Origin: a virus
Direction: 5' to 3' (one strand)
Length of the DNA: 53,795 nucleotides
UHGV virus genome: UHGV-0191815
The first letter of the stretch is position 1; each line of letters begins with the position of its first letter. The position numbers were made by a program, and so were the translations under genes. The notes under the pieces are model-generated. The model was not told the DNA's origin. It saw only the letters and a program-made list of their open reading frames with translations, and made no database searches. Below are positions 32,755 to 43,405 of this stretch, piece by piece.

Positions 32755-33240
32755 ATGACCCGCACGAAAAAGGCAAAGGCTGACGATAAAAAACCAGCCG
32801 CCAAAAAGACGGGCCGTCCACATGGCTATACAGAAGAAAAGGCATTGGAGATCTGCGAGCTTGTGTCGGACGGCGAAAGCATTAACAAGATTTCGAAGAT
32901 GCCTGGTATGCCTGCGCGTTCAACAATCCTTAAATGGTTCCGTGATGTGCCAGAGTTTTCGGACATGTACATACGCGCGAAGGAGATCGGATTCGAGGTG
33001 TTAGCTGATGAGATCATCGATCTTGCTGACGCGCCAGAGAACATCAAAAAGGAAGAATTGAACAGACACCATTTGATGATTGAGACTCGTAAATGGCTAT
33101 TAGCAAAACTGCAACCGCGTAAGTATGGCGAACGCGTTACGCAGGAGATCGTAGGCAACAGGGAAGAAGCACCCGTCCAAGTAGAAGTCACGAAAGAAGA
33201 GATCGCCCGCATTGTCCAGGAAGTAGAAGACGAGGTGTGA
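32755..33240 (+). CDS. Terminase small subunit
   Basis: Basic N-terminus, HTH-like segment (INKISKMPGMPARSTILKWF), position directly upstream of the large subunit; RBS aagagg. Confidence 0.65.
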   Translation: MTRTKKAKADDKKPAAKKTGRPHGYTEEKALEICELVSDGESINKISKMPGMPARSTILKWFRDVPEFSDMYIRAKEIGFEVLADEIIDLADAPENIKKEELNRHHLMIETRKWLLAKLQPRKYGERVTQEIVGNREEAPVQVEVTKEEIARIVQEVEDEV

Positions 33241-34721
33241 TTATGTTGACAGTCAAAGAACGAATTATTCAGTCCAAATGTGAAAACGATGGCCTGTTTT
33301 TCAATCGCTACTTTTACAAGCAAGCGAACGGAACGAAGATGTTAATCTCAGGCCATCACTTAGCTATCCGTGACGCACTGCAACGCGTTGTCAATGGTGA
33401 GATAACCCGACTCATCATCAACATTCCCCCAGGGTACGGTAAAACCATGATCGCTACCATCAACATGATGGCACGGTCCCTCGCAATAAATCCCCACACA
33501 AGATTCCTTCACGTTTCCTATTCCAACAACCTTGCGTTACTCAACTCCTCGACCGTAAGAAACATGATCTGCACGCCTGAGTATCAGGCAATGTGGCCCA
33601 TGAAGATCCGCAACGATGCTAACTCAAAATCTATGTGGTGGACCGAATACGATGGCGGCGTGTATGCAACGTCATCACTTGGACAGGTGACGGGGTTTAG
33701 GGCTGGTTACATGGAGCCAGGATTCAACGGTGCGTTAATCATCGACGACCCATTAAAACCCGCTGACGCTTATTCTGACGTGGTGAGAAAGCAGGTAAAC
33801 ACTAACTATAACGACACACTTGCTTCACGTCTGGCAGTGCAAACGACGCCTGTTATCGTCATCATGCAGCGCATCCATTACGATGATTTGTCCGGCTACC
33901 TGCTACGCGGTGGCAGTGGTGAAAAATGGCATCACCTGAACCTGCCAGTGAAGATCGACAACAGCGTTGACTACTGGGATTTGTACCCTGAAAACCAGTT
34001 CGCGATCCCTATTGCTCACAACCTGCCTGATGGCTGGCTGTGGCCTAAAAAGCACAATGACGCCCATGAAGCTGGACTGAAAGCACACAGGCGGTCATTT
34101 GAGACCCAGTACATGCAGCGCCCGCGTAAATTCGACGAAGAAGGCGCGTTATGGACTGAAGCCATGATAACCGCTGCACACCGGATGCAGATAACGCAGG
34201 ACAAGATCCGCACGGTAATAGCCATCGACCCGGCGACAACATCATCGGAGGAATCGGACGAAACCGGGATCATGGCATGTTCCGCTTACGGTGGCGGTAA
34301 GAATGCTCAGTATTCTGTTGATGGTGACTACTCAGGCCGCATGTCGCCTAATGCCTGGGCGCAAGCAGCAATGAACGCCTATGACATCCATGAGGCTGAC
34401 GCGATAGTTATCGAAACAAACCAGGGCGGTGAAATGGCAGAGGCCACGCTACGCAATGCCGGATTCAAAGGCCGCATTGTTAAGGTGCACGCAAGCAAGG
34501 GTAAATTCGCCCGCGCTGAACCAATATCTGCACTGTATGCACAAGGAAGGGTGGTCCACACTGGTGAACTGTACACGCTGGAAAATCAAATGATGGAATA
34601 CGTGCCAGCCACCGCCAAAAAATCCCCGGACCGTATGGACGCGATGGTATGGGGCATTACCGAATTAAGCCAGCCACAGGCGATGGGCCTCATGTTACCG
34701 AAGCGCCTGCGCGGATTTTAA
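33237..34721 (+). CDS. Terminase large subunit
   Basis: Walker A IPPGYGKT in the N-terminal ATPase domain, acidic nuclease-type C-terminal domain; about 494 aa. Confidence 0.85.
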   Translation: MIMLTVKERIIQSKCENDGLFFNRYFYKQANGTKMLISGHHLAIRDALQRVVNGEITRLIINIPPGYGKTMIATINMMARSLAINPHTRFLHVSYSNNLALLNSSTVRNMICTPEYQAMWPMKIRNDANSKSMWWTEYDGGVYATSSLGQVTGFRAGYMEPGFNGALIIDDPLKPADAYSDVVRKQVNTNYNDTLASRLAVQTTPVIVIMQRIHYDDLSGYLLRGGSGEKWHHLNLPVKIDNSVDYWDLYPENQFAIPIAHNLPDGWLWPKKHNDAHEAGLKAHRRSFETQYMQRPRKFDEEGALWTEAMITAAHRMQITQDKIRTVIAIDPATTSSEESDETGIMACSAYGGGKNAQYSVDGDYSGRMSPNAWAQAAMNAYDIHEADAIVIETNQGGEMAEATLRNAGFKGRIVKVHASKGKFARAEPISALYAQGRVVHTGELYTLENQMMEYVPATAKKSPDRMDAMVWGITELSQPQAMGLMLPKRLRGF

Positions 34722-34799
34722 AATCTGCCTCACAACTACCCACAAGTTTTTCTATTTTTCGCGTAGCAACGCGTAAACATGTATTCAGGAGTAAACATT

Positions 34800-36170
34800 A
34801 TGCCATCCAATTTAGAATTGGCGGTTAATGCTGCCTTGTCTCAACGCCAGGCGGCCTACGCCCGCTATGCCGCAGCCCACCCATTCACTATGGGGATAGA
34901 TGCCAAACGTGATGCCGCGTGGAGTGAATACGGATTCAAGGAAGAAATAACCTATGACGATTTGTACAAGCTGTATCGTCGCGGTGGCATTGCTCATGGT
35001 GCTGTAGAGAAGATTGTCACCACTTGCTGGAGAACCATGCCAACGCTAATCGAGGGAACCGAAGACGAGAAAGCGGAAAAGGAAACACCCTGGGAAAGAG
35101 AAATCAAGAAACAATTCGCCAACAGATTTTGGCGTGTCATTGCCGAATGTGACCGCCGCCGCCTCATCGGTCGTTATGCTGGCCTGTTGATTCACGTCAG
35201 AGATAGCCAGCCGTGGGATAAGCCTGTGACGAAAGGCACAGGTATTGCCAAATTTACCCCGGTGTGGGCTGGCGCACTGACGCCGAAGGACTTCGAAGAA
35301 GACCCGGACAGCGAAAACTATGGCCTGCCGACATGGTGGGAATACAAGGAACGCATTAACAGTAAGACCATTGCAAGAAAGATTCACCCGGATCGCATTT
35401 TCATCTTCGGTGACTATTCTGATGATGCAATAGCCTTCCTTGAGCCGTCCTATAACGCCTTTGTGTCGCTTGAGAAAGTGGAAGGGGGTAGCGGTGAATC
35501 ATTCCTGAAAAACGCTGCCCGCCAGCTTGCTATCTCATTCGATAAAGAGATTGACTTCCGTTCCCTGGCTGCAACATACGGATGCGACGTCACAGAGCTG
35601 CGCGAAAAATTCAACGAGGCGGCGGATGAAATGAATAAGGGTAACGACGTGATGATGGCATTACAAGGGGCCACAGTTAGCCCGCTGGTGACTGCCGTAT
35701 CTGACCCGTCAGCAACCTATGACGTCAACCTGCAAACCGCCGCCGCTGGTATTGATATTCCGACCCGCATCCTGGTAGGGAACCAGCAGGGCGAACGCGC
35801 ATCAACCGAAGACCTCCGCTACTTCAACAGCCGCTGTATGACCCGCAGGGAGGAAATCGGCGGTGAACTTGAGGATCTATTCCGCAAGATGGCAGATCTC
35901 CGCCTTATCAGCATGCCAATTGACGTATCAGTGATATGGGACGACCTGAACGCCATGACCAAAGCCGAACTACTGGAAGCGGCACACAAAATGGCACAAA
36001 TCAATCAGGCTTGTCTGGCTACTGGTGAAGAAATATTTAGCGGTGACGAGATCCGCGAGGCTGCCGGATACGATGGCCCAGCCAGTGTAGTAGAAACGGA
36101 AGAGGAGGACGATGATGAGGGTGAAGAAGATAATCAGGCGAATACCTCCAGCCGCGATAATGCCATCTAA
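34800..36170 (+). CDS. Portal protein
   Basis: 457-aa ORF directly after the terminase, with an acidic C-terminal tail (ETEEEDDDEGEEDN); start at ATG 34800 with RBS aggag. Confidence 0.65.
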   Translation: MPSNLELAVNAALSQRQAAYARYAAAHPFTMGIDAKRDAAWSEYGFKEEITYDDLYKLYRRGGIAHGAVEKIVTTCWRTMPTLIEGTEDEKAEKETPWEREIKKQFANRFWRVIAECDRRRLIGRYAGLLIHVRDSQPWDKPVTKGTGIAKFTPVWAGALTPKDFEEDPDSENYGLPTWWEYKERINSKTIARKIHPDRIFIFGDYSDDAIAFLEPSYNAFVSLEKVEGGSGESFLKNAARQLAISFDKEIDFRSLAATYGCDVTELREKFNEAADEMNKGNDVMMALQGATVSPLVTAVSDPSATYDVNLQTAAAGIDIPTRILVGNQQGERASTEDLRYFNSRCMTRREEIGGELEDLFRKMADLRLISMPIDVSVIWDDLNAMTKAELLEAAHKMAQINQACLATGEEIFSGDEIREAAGYDGPASVVETEEEDDDEGEEDNQANTSSRDNAI

Positions 36171-37056
36171 CACCGAAGACCCGACCATGACAGGGAAGTT
36201 ACGGTCTGGAGCTATCAAGCGTTTTAAAGCCTGCCTGAAGAAAGTTGCGGATCCGTATATTGCCATACTGGACAGGATGCAATATAGCCTGGCTGTTAAT
36301 AAGAAATACACTTTCCAGATCTACATTGACGAATTGCATGATTTGCTGGAAGACGCCAGCGACATGATTGATGAAATATTCGAGTTAACAGACCCGGAAA
36401 ACTTCTGGTTCTGGCAGGAATACGTGAAAGTGGCATATCAGCGCGGCACTTCACAGGAATATGCCAACCTCGCTAACCAGTCGGTCACATATTCCAGGGC
36501 TTATCCTGAAGTGTCGGCGGTATTAACCAGTCAGACCTATCGCACACGTCTTGCCCTGGTCCGTACCCGTGTATTTGAAGAGATGCGCGGGCTTACCGCA
36601 CAGATCAAGAAGGATATGGCCCGCCGATTAACCGAAGGCATGGCCCGTGGCTTAAACCCACTCGAAATAGCGCGCACATTGCAGCAGGAAACGCAATTGC
36701 CGCTATACAGGTGCAAACGTATTGCCCGCACTGAAATATGCACAGCGTTGCGCACAGCGCGTATGGATGAGGCAGAGGCCGCATCGGATGAGCTTAATTT
36801 GCGCACTATGCAGATGCACATTTCGGCATTGTCACCGACTACCAGGTTATCACACGCACAGCGTCACGGGAAAACGTACACCATAGAAGAGCAGCGCGAA
36901 TGGTGGAGCAAATCCCCTAATTCAATTAACTGCAAATGTAGCACTATTACCGTGCTGGTGGATGAATCTGGTAACATATTAAACAAACGAATCCTTGAGC
37001 GAGCGCAAGAGAATTACAAAGTTGCGCACGCTAAATATGGCGAAGATTGGGAGTAA
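36160..37056 (+). CDS. Head morphogenesis protein (Mu gpF-like minor head protein)
   Basis: Position after portal; about 300 aa; start uncertain (36160 or 36187). Confidence 0.5.
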   Translation: MPSNTEDPTMTGKLRSGAIKRFKACLKKVADPYIAILDRMQYSLAVNKKYTFQIYIDELHDLLEDASDMIDEIFELTDPENFWFWQEYVKVAYQRGTSQEYANLANQSVTYSRAYPEVSAVLTSQTYRTRLALVRTRVFEEMRGLTAQIKKDMARRLTEGMARGLNPLEIARTLQQETQLPLYRCKRIARTEICTALRTARMDEAEAASDELNLRTMQMHISALSPTTRLSHAQRHGKTYTIEEQREWWSKSPNSINCKCSTITVLVDESGNILNKRILERAQENYKVAHAKYGEDWE

Positions 37057-37061
37057 AAACC

Positions 37062-38330
37062 GTGAATAAAGAACTAATTCAGGTTAATACCAAATTAACC
37101 GCTAATACCATCCGCAGGGAAACGTATAACGGTCGTGAGCATATTGTTGTTCCGTCGTATACGTTGCCATTCAATATCGTTATGAATCGTGAATATTACC
37201 CGGAAGCCGAAATTATTGCTAATTATCAATCTCTGGAAGGCACGCTCGCACCACTGGGCCATCCTACGGTTAACGGTGAATTCGTTTCCGCATTTAGCCC
37301 GGAAGGTCTGAATATTGGCTTTTGTGGAGCATGGAACAGAAATGTTGAATTACGCGGCAATCGTGTCTATGTGGAAAAATGGGTGGATGTTGAAACAGCC
37401 AGCCATTCAGAACAAGGCCGCGAATTATTAAGCCGACTTGAAGCGCTGGAGAAAGGCGAAAGCAAAGATCCGATCTGGTCATCTGTTGCCGTATATCGCC
37501 AGCGTATGCCAGCTACTGAAGAAATGAAAGCCCAGGGTGCTGACAGCGTGGTTAAAATCATGTCAATCGACCACGACGCTATCCTGCTTCATGAACCGCC
37601 AGCCGCATCGCCTGAACAGGGCGTTGGCCTGATGGTTAACACTGACCAGGCGAAGCCGTTAATGGCGGTGGCAATGAAAGAAAACAGCTATCGCACGCTT
37701 GAAAGACAATTGGAAGAAGCGGCGCGTAAACTGTTCCCTGACGCCGATTATGTATATGTCGTGGACTTCACTGATAAAGAAGTGACGATTGCTACTAATG
37801 CCGAAAGTGCTCAAGTTTGCACGTATGAAAAACAGGCTGATAAAATAATTCTCAATAATGGCGAGCTTGCAACCAATGAGGAAAGTAAATCATGGTTCGC
37901 TCAGTTCGCTGAACACCTATCCAATCTTTTCTCATTAAACGAAAAAATTAAGGCCAATAAATCGGAGGACGATCCCATGCCTTTGACCAAAGAAGAACGC
38001 GCCGAACTGGTGAAAGAAATTAACGAAAGCATCACCGCAAATATGGCTAATGCAATCGCTGAAGCGCTTAAACCAGTACAGGCAAGCGTTGAAGAATTAC
38101 AGACCAATCAAAAAGCGATTAAAGAAGAGATCGCAGCAAACGCAGATAAAGAAGTAGCAGAAAAACGCGCCGCAGTAGCAAAAGTTCACGGCGAGATTGT
38201 TGCTAACGCATTAAATGGTGAAGCGTTAGAAGCAATGTTTAAATCCATGGGCAAAGCCGCGCCGATGGCAACCAACGCAGCAAGCGAAGGTAAAAAAGGC
38301 GAAGTTCCAGACTTTAACACTTATTTCTAA
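37062..38330 (+). CDS. Putative scaffolding / head maturation protein
   Basis: Position before the capsid gene; C-terminal half is coiled-coil-like and Ala/Glu/Lys-rich; GTG start with RBS ggag. Confidence 0.4.
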   Translation: MNKELIQVNTKLTANTIRRETYNGREHIVVPSYTLPFNIVMNREYYPEAEIIANYQSLEGTLAPLGHPTVNGEFVSAFSPEGLNIGFCGAWNRNVELRGNRVYVEKWVDVETASHSEQGRELLSRLEALEKGESKDPIWSSVAVYRQRMPATEEMKAQGADSVVKIMSIDHDAILLHEPPAASPEQGVGLMVNTDQAKPLMAVAMKENSYRTLERQLEEAARKLFPDADYVYVVDFTDKEVTIATNAESAQVCTYEKQADKIILNNGELATNEESKSWFAQFAEHLSNLFSLNEKIKANKSEDDPMPLTKEERAELVKEINESITANMANAIAEALKPVQASVEELQTNQKAIKEEIAANADKEVAEKRAAVAKVHGEIVANALNGEALEAMFKSMGKAAPMATNAASEGKKGEVPDFNTYF

Positions 38331-38346
38331 TTAAAAGGGGATCACA

Positions 38347-38718
38347 ATGTTTCGTTTTCGTCGTGTAAATATTGATGGCAAGTCCATCACCGAAACCCGC
38401 GCAGCAGGTGCTGAATTAAAACCTGGTGAACTGGTTAAACTGGAAGGCGGTAAATTTGTTAAAGCTACCACGGCAGAAGGTCGCTTGTATATCGTTAACC
38501 CTGCTTTCCATGAAGGCAAAACCATCGCTGATGCCATCGCAATGGGTGAAACCGTTGTTGCTGACTACTTTGAAACAGGCCGCGAATTCGCAATGCGTGT
38601 TGCACTTGGCACTTACACCAAAGATCAGGCCATCCAGGTAAACGAAGTTACTGTCGCGTACTGCCAGGAAGACGTGAAACTGGAAGCTGAAGACTTCATC
38701 CGCGTTCGCGTAGCTTAA
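38347..38718 (+). CDS. Hypothetical head protein (123 aa)
   Basis: ORF between scaffold and capsid genes; RBS aaagggga. Confidence 0.45.
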   Translation: MFRFRRVNIDGKSITETRAAGAELKPGELVKLEGGKFVKATTAEGRLYIVNPAFHEGKTIADAIAMGETVVADYFETGREFAMRVALGTYTKDQAIQVNEVTVAYCQEDVKLEAEDFIRVRVA

Positions 38719-38735
38719 TTTAAAAGGGGAAAAAC

Positions 38736-39785
38736 ATGTACTTTACTAAAGAAAACCTCGCTACCAACGCCCGTATGCAGGGCCATTGGAACGAACTGTG
38801 GGCGCAACGCAATATCTTCAACGCTCAACATGACGCCATGATTGCAGCGAACAAAGCAAACATGACTTCTGAAATGTTGGCCTGCAACGCTGTTGGTGGC
38901 TTCGCAAAAGAGTTCTGGAAAGAAATTGATAACCAGATCATCGAACTGAACACCGAGGAAATCGGTATTGAAATCGTCAACGACCTGATGGGTGTGCAAA
39001 CCGTACTGCCTATCGGTAAAACGCTGAAAATGTACAGCGTATCCGGCGACATTAGCGATGAGGTCGTGATGTCTATGGATGGCCAGGCACCGCACGGCTT
39101 TGATCACACCGAATACGGCAGCGATGGCGACCCGATCCCGATGTTTACCGCTGGTTACGGTGTCAACTGGCGTTTAGCTCATGGCTTAAACACTGTGGGC
39201 ATTGACCTTGCCCTGGACAGCCAGCGCCTGAAACTGAAAAAATTCAACAAACGCCGCGTTAAATTCTACCTCGAAGGGAATGAAAACATGGTTGTTGATG
39301 GTCATAAGGCAATGGGTATTAAAAACCACAAAAACACCCAACCACTGACCCTGACCACTAACCTGACCACTGCAACATTCGACCAACTGATCGACTTCTT
39401 CACCATTGGTGAATTCGGTGTTCTGGCCCGCAATAACTTCGTTGCAAAATACGATGTTATGTGGGTGTCACCTGAAATCATGGCTAACCTGGCCCGCCCG
39501 CACATCGTTAACGGTGCTGTCGTTGGTAGCGTGCTGCAAACGGTTATGCCGTTCGCCCCGGTTGGTGAAATTCGTCAGACCTTCGCACTGAAAGGCAACG
39601 AAATCATTGCTTATCAGCGCCGTCGTGATGTTATCAGCCCGCTGATCGGTATGACTACTGGCGTAGTGCCTGTTCCTCGCACCATGCCTACCGATAACTA
39701 CAATTTCAAAATCATGTCTGCCGAAGGTTTACAAATCACCTGCGACATGCTGGGCCGTTCCGGCGTCGTTTACGGTCATCAATAA
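38736..39785 (+). CDS. Major capsid protein
   Basis: 349-aa ORF after the scaffold gene, followed by a strong terminator; RBS aaagggga. Confidence 0.6.
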   Translation: MYFTKENLATNARMQGHWNELWAQRNIFNAQHDAMIAANKANMTSEMLACNAVGGFAKEFWKEIDNQIIELNTEEIGIEIVNDLMGVQTVLPIGKTLKMYSVSGDISDEVVMSMDGQAPHGFDHTEYGSDGDPIPMFTAGYGVNWRLAHGLNTVGIDLALDSQRLKLKKFNKRRVKFYLEGNENMVVDGHKAMGIKNHKNTQPLTLTTNLTTATFDQLIDFFTIGEFGVLARNNFVAKYDVMWVSPEIMANLARPHIVNGAVVGSVLQTVMPFAPVGEIRQTFALKGNEIIAYQRRRDVISPLIGMTTGVVPVPRTMPTDNYNFKIMSAEGLQITCDMLGRSGVVYGHQ

Positions 39786-39805
39786 TTCTTGCATTTCCTG
39801 TAACT

Positions 39806-39833
39806 CCCCGGCGCGATGCCGGGGATTTTTTTT
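39806..39833 (+). terminator. Strong intrinsic terminator after the capsid gene
   Basis: Stem ccccggc / gccgggg with loop gcgat, then attttttttg. Confidence 0.65.
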
Positions 39834-39851
39834 GTATGTGGAGTAAACAAA

Positions 39852-40238
39852 ATGGTCACTACAGAACAGGCGCGGGAATATCTTGAAAGCCAGGGTATTA
39901 ACCTGCCAGACGTTATCTTATCCTTGCTGGTGGAGCAGGCAAACATCGTTAACGAATGCCTTGATGCCAACTATCCGGCCTCCACTGCAACATTAATTCA
40001 ACTTTACCTGATTGGCCTGTTAGGACTTACCCAGGCTAACAAATACGTTTCCTCGCATACTGGTACGAACGGCGCAAGCCAGTCATACAGATATGTCGAT
40101 TTCAACCAAAAATGGAAAGCAGCCTATTCGTTGCTTTACTCCCTCGATAAACATCACTGCACCGCTGAATTGGTTCCGGCAGATCCACAGAATACCGCGC
40201 ACGCTGGGCTGTGGATAGGTAAGAGCGGGAGGATGTAA
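39852..40238 (+). CDS. Head-tail connector / head completion protein (hypothetical)
   Basis: ORF in the structural operon; RBS gtggag. Confidence 0.4.
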   Translation: MVTTEQAREYLESQGINLPDVILSLLVEQANIVNECLDANYPASTATLIQLYLIGLLGLTQANKYVSSHTGTNGASQSYRYVDFNQKWKAAYSLLYSLDKHHCTAELVPADPQNTAHAGLWIGKSGRM

Positions 40239-40240
40239 CA

Positions 40241-40426
40241 ATGTGGAACGACCTTACGTTACCTAAACCGCTATTGCCGAAGCCGTTTACCCGCGTGTGG
40301 GTGAAGACTGACACCGGGCGACAGGTGGCGGCATATCTCAATGACGCTGGCGAATGGGTAATTCTTTGCCCGCGCGTGGCTGAAACCCATCCGAGAGTCA
40401 TCAAATGGAGCAATGGCTATGAGTAA
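40241..40426 (+). CDS. Hypothetical structural protein (61 aa)
   Basis: ORF in coupled series. Confidence 0.35.
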   Translation: MWNDLTLPKPLLPKPFTRVWVKTDTGRQVAAYLNDAGEWVILCPRVAETHPRVIKWSNGYE

Positions 40427-40787
40427 GCTATCACGATTCACTTACAAGGCACTAGCCACCATTTACCCCGTGACGCGTGACGATTGGACTAACTCAGATG
40501 TCTACGGAACCCCATATCTGATTGATTGTGCATGGGAACGCACTGACGGAACCGCAACAGACGCAAACGGGAATGAGGTTAGCAACACGATAACCGTATA
40601 TACCGAACTTCTTTACAAGATGCAGCCAGTGCAGCGCCCGGAAAAAGGGTGGATGATTGCCACTGGCGACACTACTGCTATCGCTGACCCGCTGGCGGCT
40701 GGGGCCAACTTTATAACCGGGATCGTTGAATGGGACATGAGCATGTTTAACGACACACAGGATTATAAGATCGTCACAGGAGGTTAA
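40413..40787 (+). CDS. Hypothetical head-tail joining protein (124 aa)
   Basis: ORF in coupled series. Confidence 0.4.
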   Translation: MAMSKLSRFTYKALATIYPVTRDDWTNSDVYGTPYLIDCAWERTDGTATDANGNEVSNTITVYTELLYKMQPVQRPEKGWMIATGDTTAIADPLAAGANFITGIVEWDMSMFNDTQDYKIVTGG

Positions 40788-40789
40788 TC

Positions 40790-41263
40790 ATGCCACTGAA
40801 AGGCGTCAGACGAGTCCGTATGAAAATGACGGAAGAAATCAGGAGCATAGCAGAGAAAAAGACCTATGAAGTGCTATGGATGGTGGGCAACGTTGCATCC
40901 GGTATTGCATCTGGAATGACGCCAGTCGATACAGGTTTTTTGATTAACAGCATGTACCAGGATGTCGAGAAGAGCGGCAACGGCCTTCGTCTCAGGGTTG
41001 GATACACCGCCCGCTATGCTGAATGGGTGCATGACATGCCAGGGACATTAATGGGACAGCCTCGCGAGCATTTCGGGAAAACCAATAACCTTTCAGATTT
41101 CGGCCCGAAACAGGTAGTTGAGTTCGGCGGCGGTACTGGTAAGGGTTATTACTGGGCTCCTAACGCTGAACCGGAATTTTTGCGCAAGGCGTTCGAGGAA
41201 CCAGACAATTTCAATGAAATCTGGAACACGATAAAACTTGGGTACTGGACGAAACAATCATGA
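40790..41263 (+). CDS. Putative neck / tail completion protein (HK97 gp10-like)
   Basis: 157 aa; position and weak motif resemblance. Confidence 0.4.
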   Translation: MPLKGVRRVRMKMTEEIRSIAEKKTYEVLWMVGNVASGIASGMTPVDTGFLINSMYQDVEKSGNGLRLRVGYTARYAEWVHDMPGTLMGQPREHFGKTNNLSDFGPKQVVEFGGGTGKGYYWAPNAEPEFLRKAFEEPDNFNEIWNTIKLGYWTKQS

Positions 41264-41646
41264 AACGCAGCGAAGTATATGACGAAATAAGGGATTGGAT
41301 TAAGTCCCACGGGTACGACGAAGGTTATATTTTGCAGGCCCGTTTCTGGAATGAGCGATCCAATTCGAATAACGACAGGTACATTGTCATACAGCAAAAC
41401 GGCGGCGCGGCTGGTGAAGAAGCAGTAACCCGTGACTACTTCCGCATTCTGGTTATTTCAGCGCGCAATGACGCAAATATCAGTGAAGTGGAAGACCTCG
41501 CAGACGCAATACGCCAGAGTATGATAACCGAATACAAAACTGATAAAATTACACACATGAAACCAATTGGCGCTATTCCTGCAATGCAGACAAGAGAAGG
41601 GCGCTTCATCTTTACCGTAGCTTTCCAAACCATCATATCTAGATAA
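41260..41646 (+). CDS. Hypothetical tail-associated protein (128 aa)
   Basis: ORF in coupled series. Confidence 0.4.
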   Translation: MKRSEVYDEIRDWIKSHGYDEGYILQARFWNERSNSNNDRYIVIQQNGGAAGEEAVTRDYFRILVISARNDANISEVEDLADAIRQSMITEYKTDKITHMKPIGAIPAMQTREGRFIFTVAFQTIISR

Positions 41647-41658
41647 GAGGTAACTAAC

Positions 41659-42135
41659 ATGTCTCAGACTTGTGAAAAAGGTTCGTTCTTAGGCCGTGAC
41701 GTTGCCGTATTTTACGCTATCGCCTGCCCTAAAACGAAACCTGAAGAAAGCGCTTATAAAGCGTTAGGCATGATGCGTGGCAAATCTCTTTCCGTAGAAT
41801 GGGAAACCGCAGACGCCACCGCTGATAAATCAGCAGACTATACCAAAGAATCATTGGTGACTTACAAATCTGTTGCCTTCTCCGGCGACGGCGTATCCCG
41901 CACCGAAGAGATCCACAACCAGAAAGCACTTAAACGCCACGTTATTAACCCTGGCGAAACAACTGGTGCGCAGCCTTACGTCTGGTTGAAACTCGTTTCA
42001 CCGCTTGATGTAACAGAGGGTCCGTTCCTTTGCACTTCCTTTAAGGAAGAAGATCCGCACGACGATGTGTCCACCTGGTCAATTGAGTGCGAAAGCGCTG
42101 GCAAGGTCACAGTAGGTGACGTTCCTGTATTGTAA
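41659..42135 (+). CDS. Putative major tail tube protein
   Basis: 158 aa; position upstream of the chaperone and tape measure genes; RBS agaggt. Confidence 0.45.
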   Translation: MSQTCEKGSFLGRDVAVFYAIACPKTKPEESAYKALGMMRGKSLSVEWETADATADKSADYTKESLVTYKSVAFSGDGVSRTEEIHNQKALKRHVINPGETTGAQPYVWLKLVSPLDVTEGPFLCTSFKEEDPHDDVSTWSIECESAGKVTVGDVPVL

Positions 42136-42189
42136 CAGTAAATATTGACATCGGGGCCGCTTGGCCCCTTTATTTTTAAGGTGACAACT

Positions 42190-42870
42190 ATGATTCACGT
42201 TCGAACAGGACAGTTTGCGGTTGTGGTTGATGGCAGACGTTACGAATTTAATCCCTGCTTTGCTGCAATGGCTAAGATCGGCAGTGACAGGGAACTGGTC
42301 GAATACTTCGCAACGGTTCACGGTGGCAGATACCCACGGCGTATGCCGATGGATACAGACCTCCGCAATCGCATTCTGGCGCGTTGTTATGGTGAACTGG
42401 TGCAAACGTCCATACACATATTGAAATGTTGCTCAGAATGCGAAATAGGCCCGTTATTGGGCGAATGCAGCTTTACTCCTTCTGGTAAGTTGAGACTGAA
42501 ACCTGGATTGATGCCCACCAGCGATGTTATCACGCTGGCGCAACACTGCATGTTCCACGGTTTAATTGGTGACGGTCCAGAAGAAGACACTGGAGAAAAC
42601 CAGGATGGCGAGTACAAGCCCACATTCGACATCCTTGAGTATGTTTATTCTGCCGTTGCTCACCTGGGATTGTCTGAGTCTGAAGCGTGGGGCATGACAA
42701 TGACCGGATATAGGGCCGCTGTACGCGCTAAAACGCCACCAGACGAAAGAAACGAGAAAGGTAAACCAAACGTTCATATAAATAAACGTGATTATGATGA
42801 GCAAATGGGAGCGGCTAAAAGGGTGCTGGAATTAATGAAAAAACGCGAGCAAGAAAAAGCCCGGAATTAA
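42190..42870 (+). CDS. Putative tail assembly chaperone (G/GT-like position)
   Basis: Position between the tail tube gene and the tape measure gene; no frameshift evident. Confidence 0.35.
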   Translation: MIHVRTGQFAVVVDGRRYEFNPCFAAMAKIGSDRELVEYFATVHGGRYPRRMPMDTDLRNRILARCYGELVQTSIHILKCCSECEIGPLLGECSFTPSGKLRLKPGLMPTSDVITLAQHCMFHGLIGDGPEEDTGENQDGEYKPTFDILEYVYSAVAHLGLSESEAWGMTMTGYRAAVRAKTPPDERNEKGKPNVHINKRDYDEQMGAAKRVLELMKKREQEKARN

Positions 42871-42884
42871 CCGGGCCTTTATCT

Positions 42885-43187
42885 TTATTTGTATGCTGCG
42901 AATCGGCATCTTGCTTCATCAAGGTCATGAACATCGTACACGTTATCGTAAATGTAAGTTGCTACCTGTGCTTTCTGTACGTCAGTTGCGTTCGGGAACT
43001 CCATGCTTACGAAAGTCACTGCATCAACGTAGTGTTTGAACATCTTTTTGTTAACGCACAGCGCGTAAATCAATACAGCAGGCCAGCAAATCAGCGCACC
43101 AAAGAATGCCAGGAGCATATTCAGATGTTTTTTCTGAGCTACAACCATAGTTGCGACGAAGCCGATGAAGCAAATTACCAGTTCCAT
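42885..43187 (-). CDS. Membrane protein (100 aa) in reverse-oriented cassette 1
   Basis: MELVICFIGFVATMVVAQKKHLNMLLAFFGALICWPAVLIYALCV (two TM segments) then a soluble tail. Confidence 0.5.
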   Translation of the reverse strand: MELVICFIGFVATMVVAQKKHLNMLLAFFGALICWPAVLIYALCVNKKMFKHYVDAVTFVSMEFPNATDVQKAQVATYIYDNVYDVHDLDEARCRFAAYK

Positions 43188-43197
43188 GATACACCTC

Positions 43198-43305
43198 TCA
43201 ATTGCGTTTATCTTCTGTTGTCATTGCCAGCACCAGCACAGCCATCACATTAAATGCTAACCATGCTGTAATATATACATCTATAACCGTTTTGATTGCG
43301 TCCAT
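43198..43305 (-). CDS. 35-aa TM peptide (cassette 1)
   Basis: MDAIKTVIDVYITAWLAFNVMAVLVLAMTTEDKRN. Confidence 0.3.
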   Translation of the reverse strand: MDAIKTVIDVYITAWLAFNVMAVLVLAMTTEDKRN

Positions 43306-43318
43306 TCACCCGCCCCGC

Positions 43319-43405
43319 TTATTTCTTGTTTTTAAGTGCTTTCAGCATTTCTTCGATAAAGTCGGCATAATGCTCATGCTCGTTGGGTCGGTAGTAGCCT
43401 TTCAT
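43319..43405 (-). CDS. 28-aa peptide (cassette 1)
   Basis: MKGYYRPNEHEHYADFIEEMLKALKNKK; RBS gaggataag. Confidence 0.3.
   Translation of the reverse strand: MKGYYRPNEHEHYADFIEEMLKALKNKK

Noticed and set aside
42190-42870. Programmed -1 frameshift (G/GT-type) in the tail assembly chaperone gene
   Set aside because: The region is a single continuous ORF with no obvious slippery heptamer and overlapping downstream frame; a frameshift cannot be supported from sequence inspection alone.
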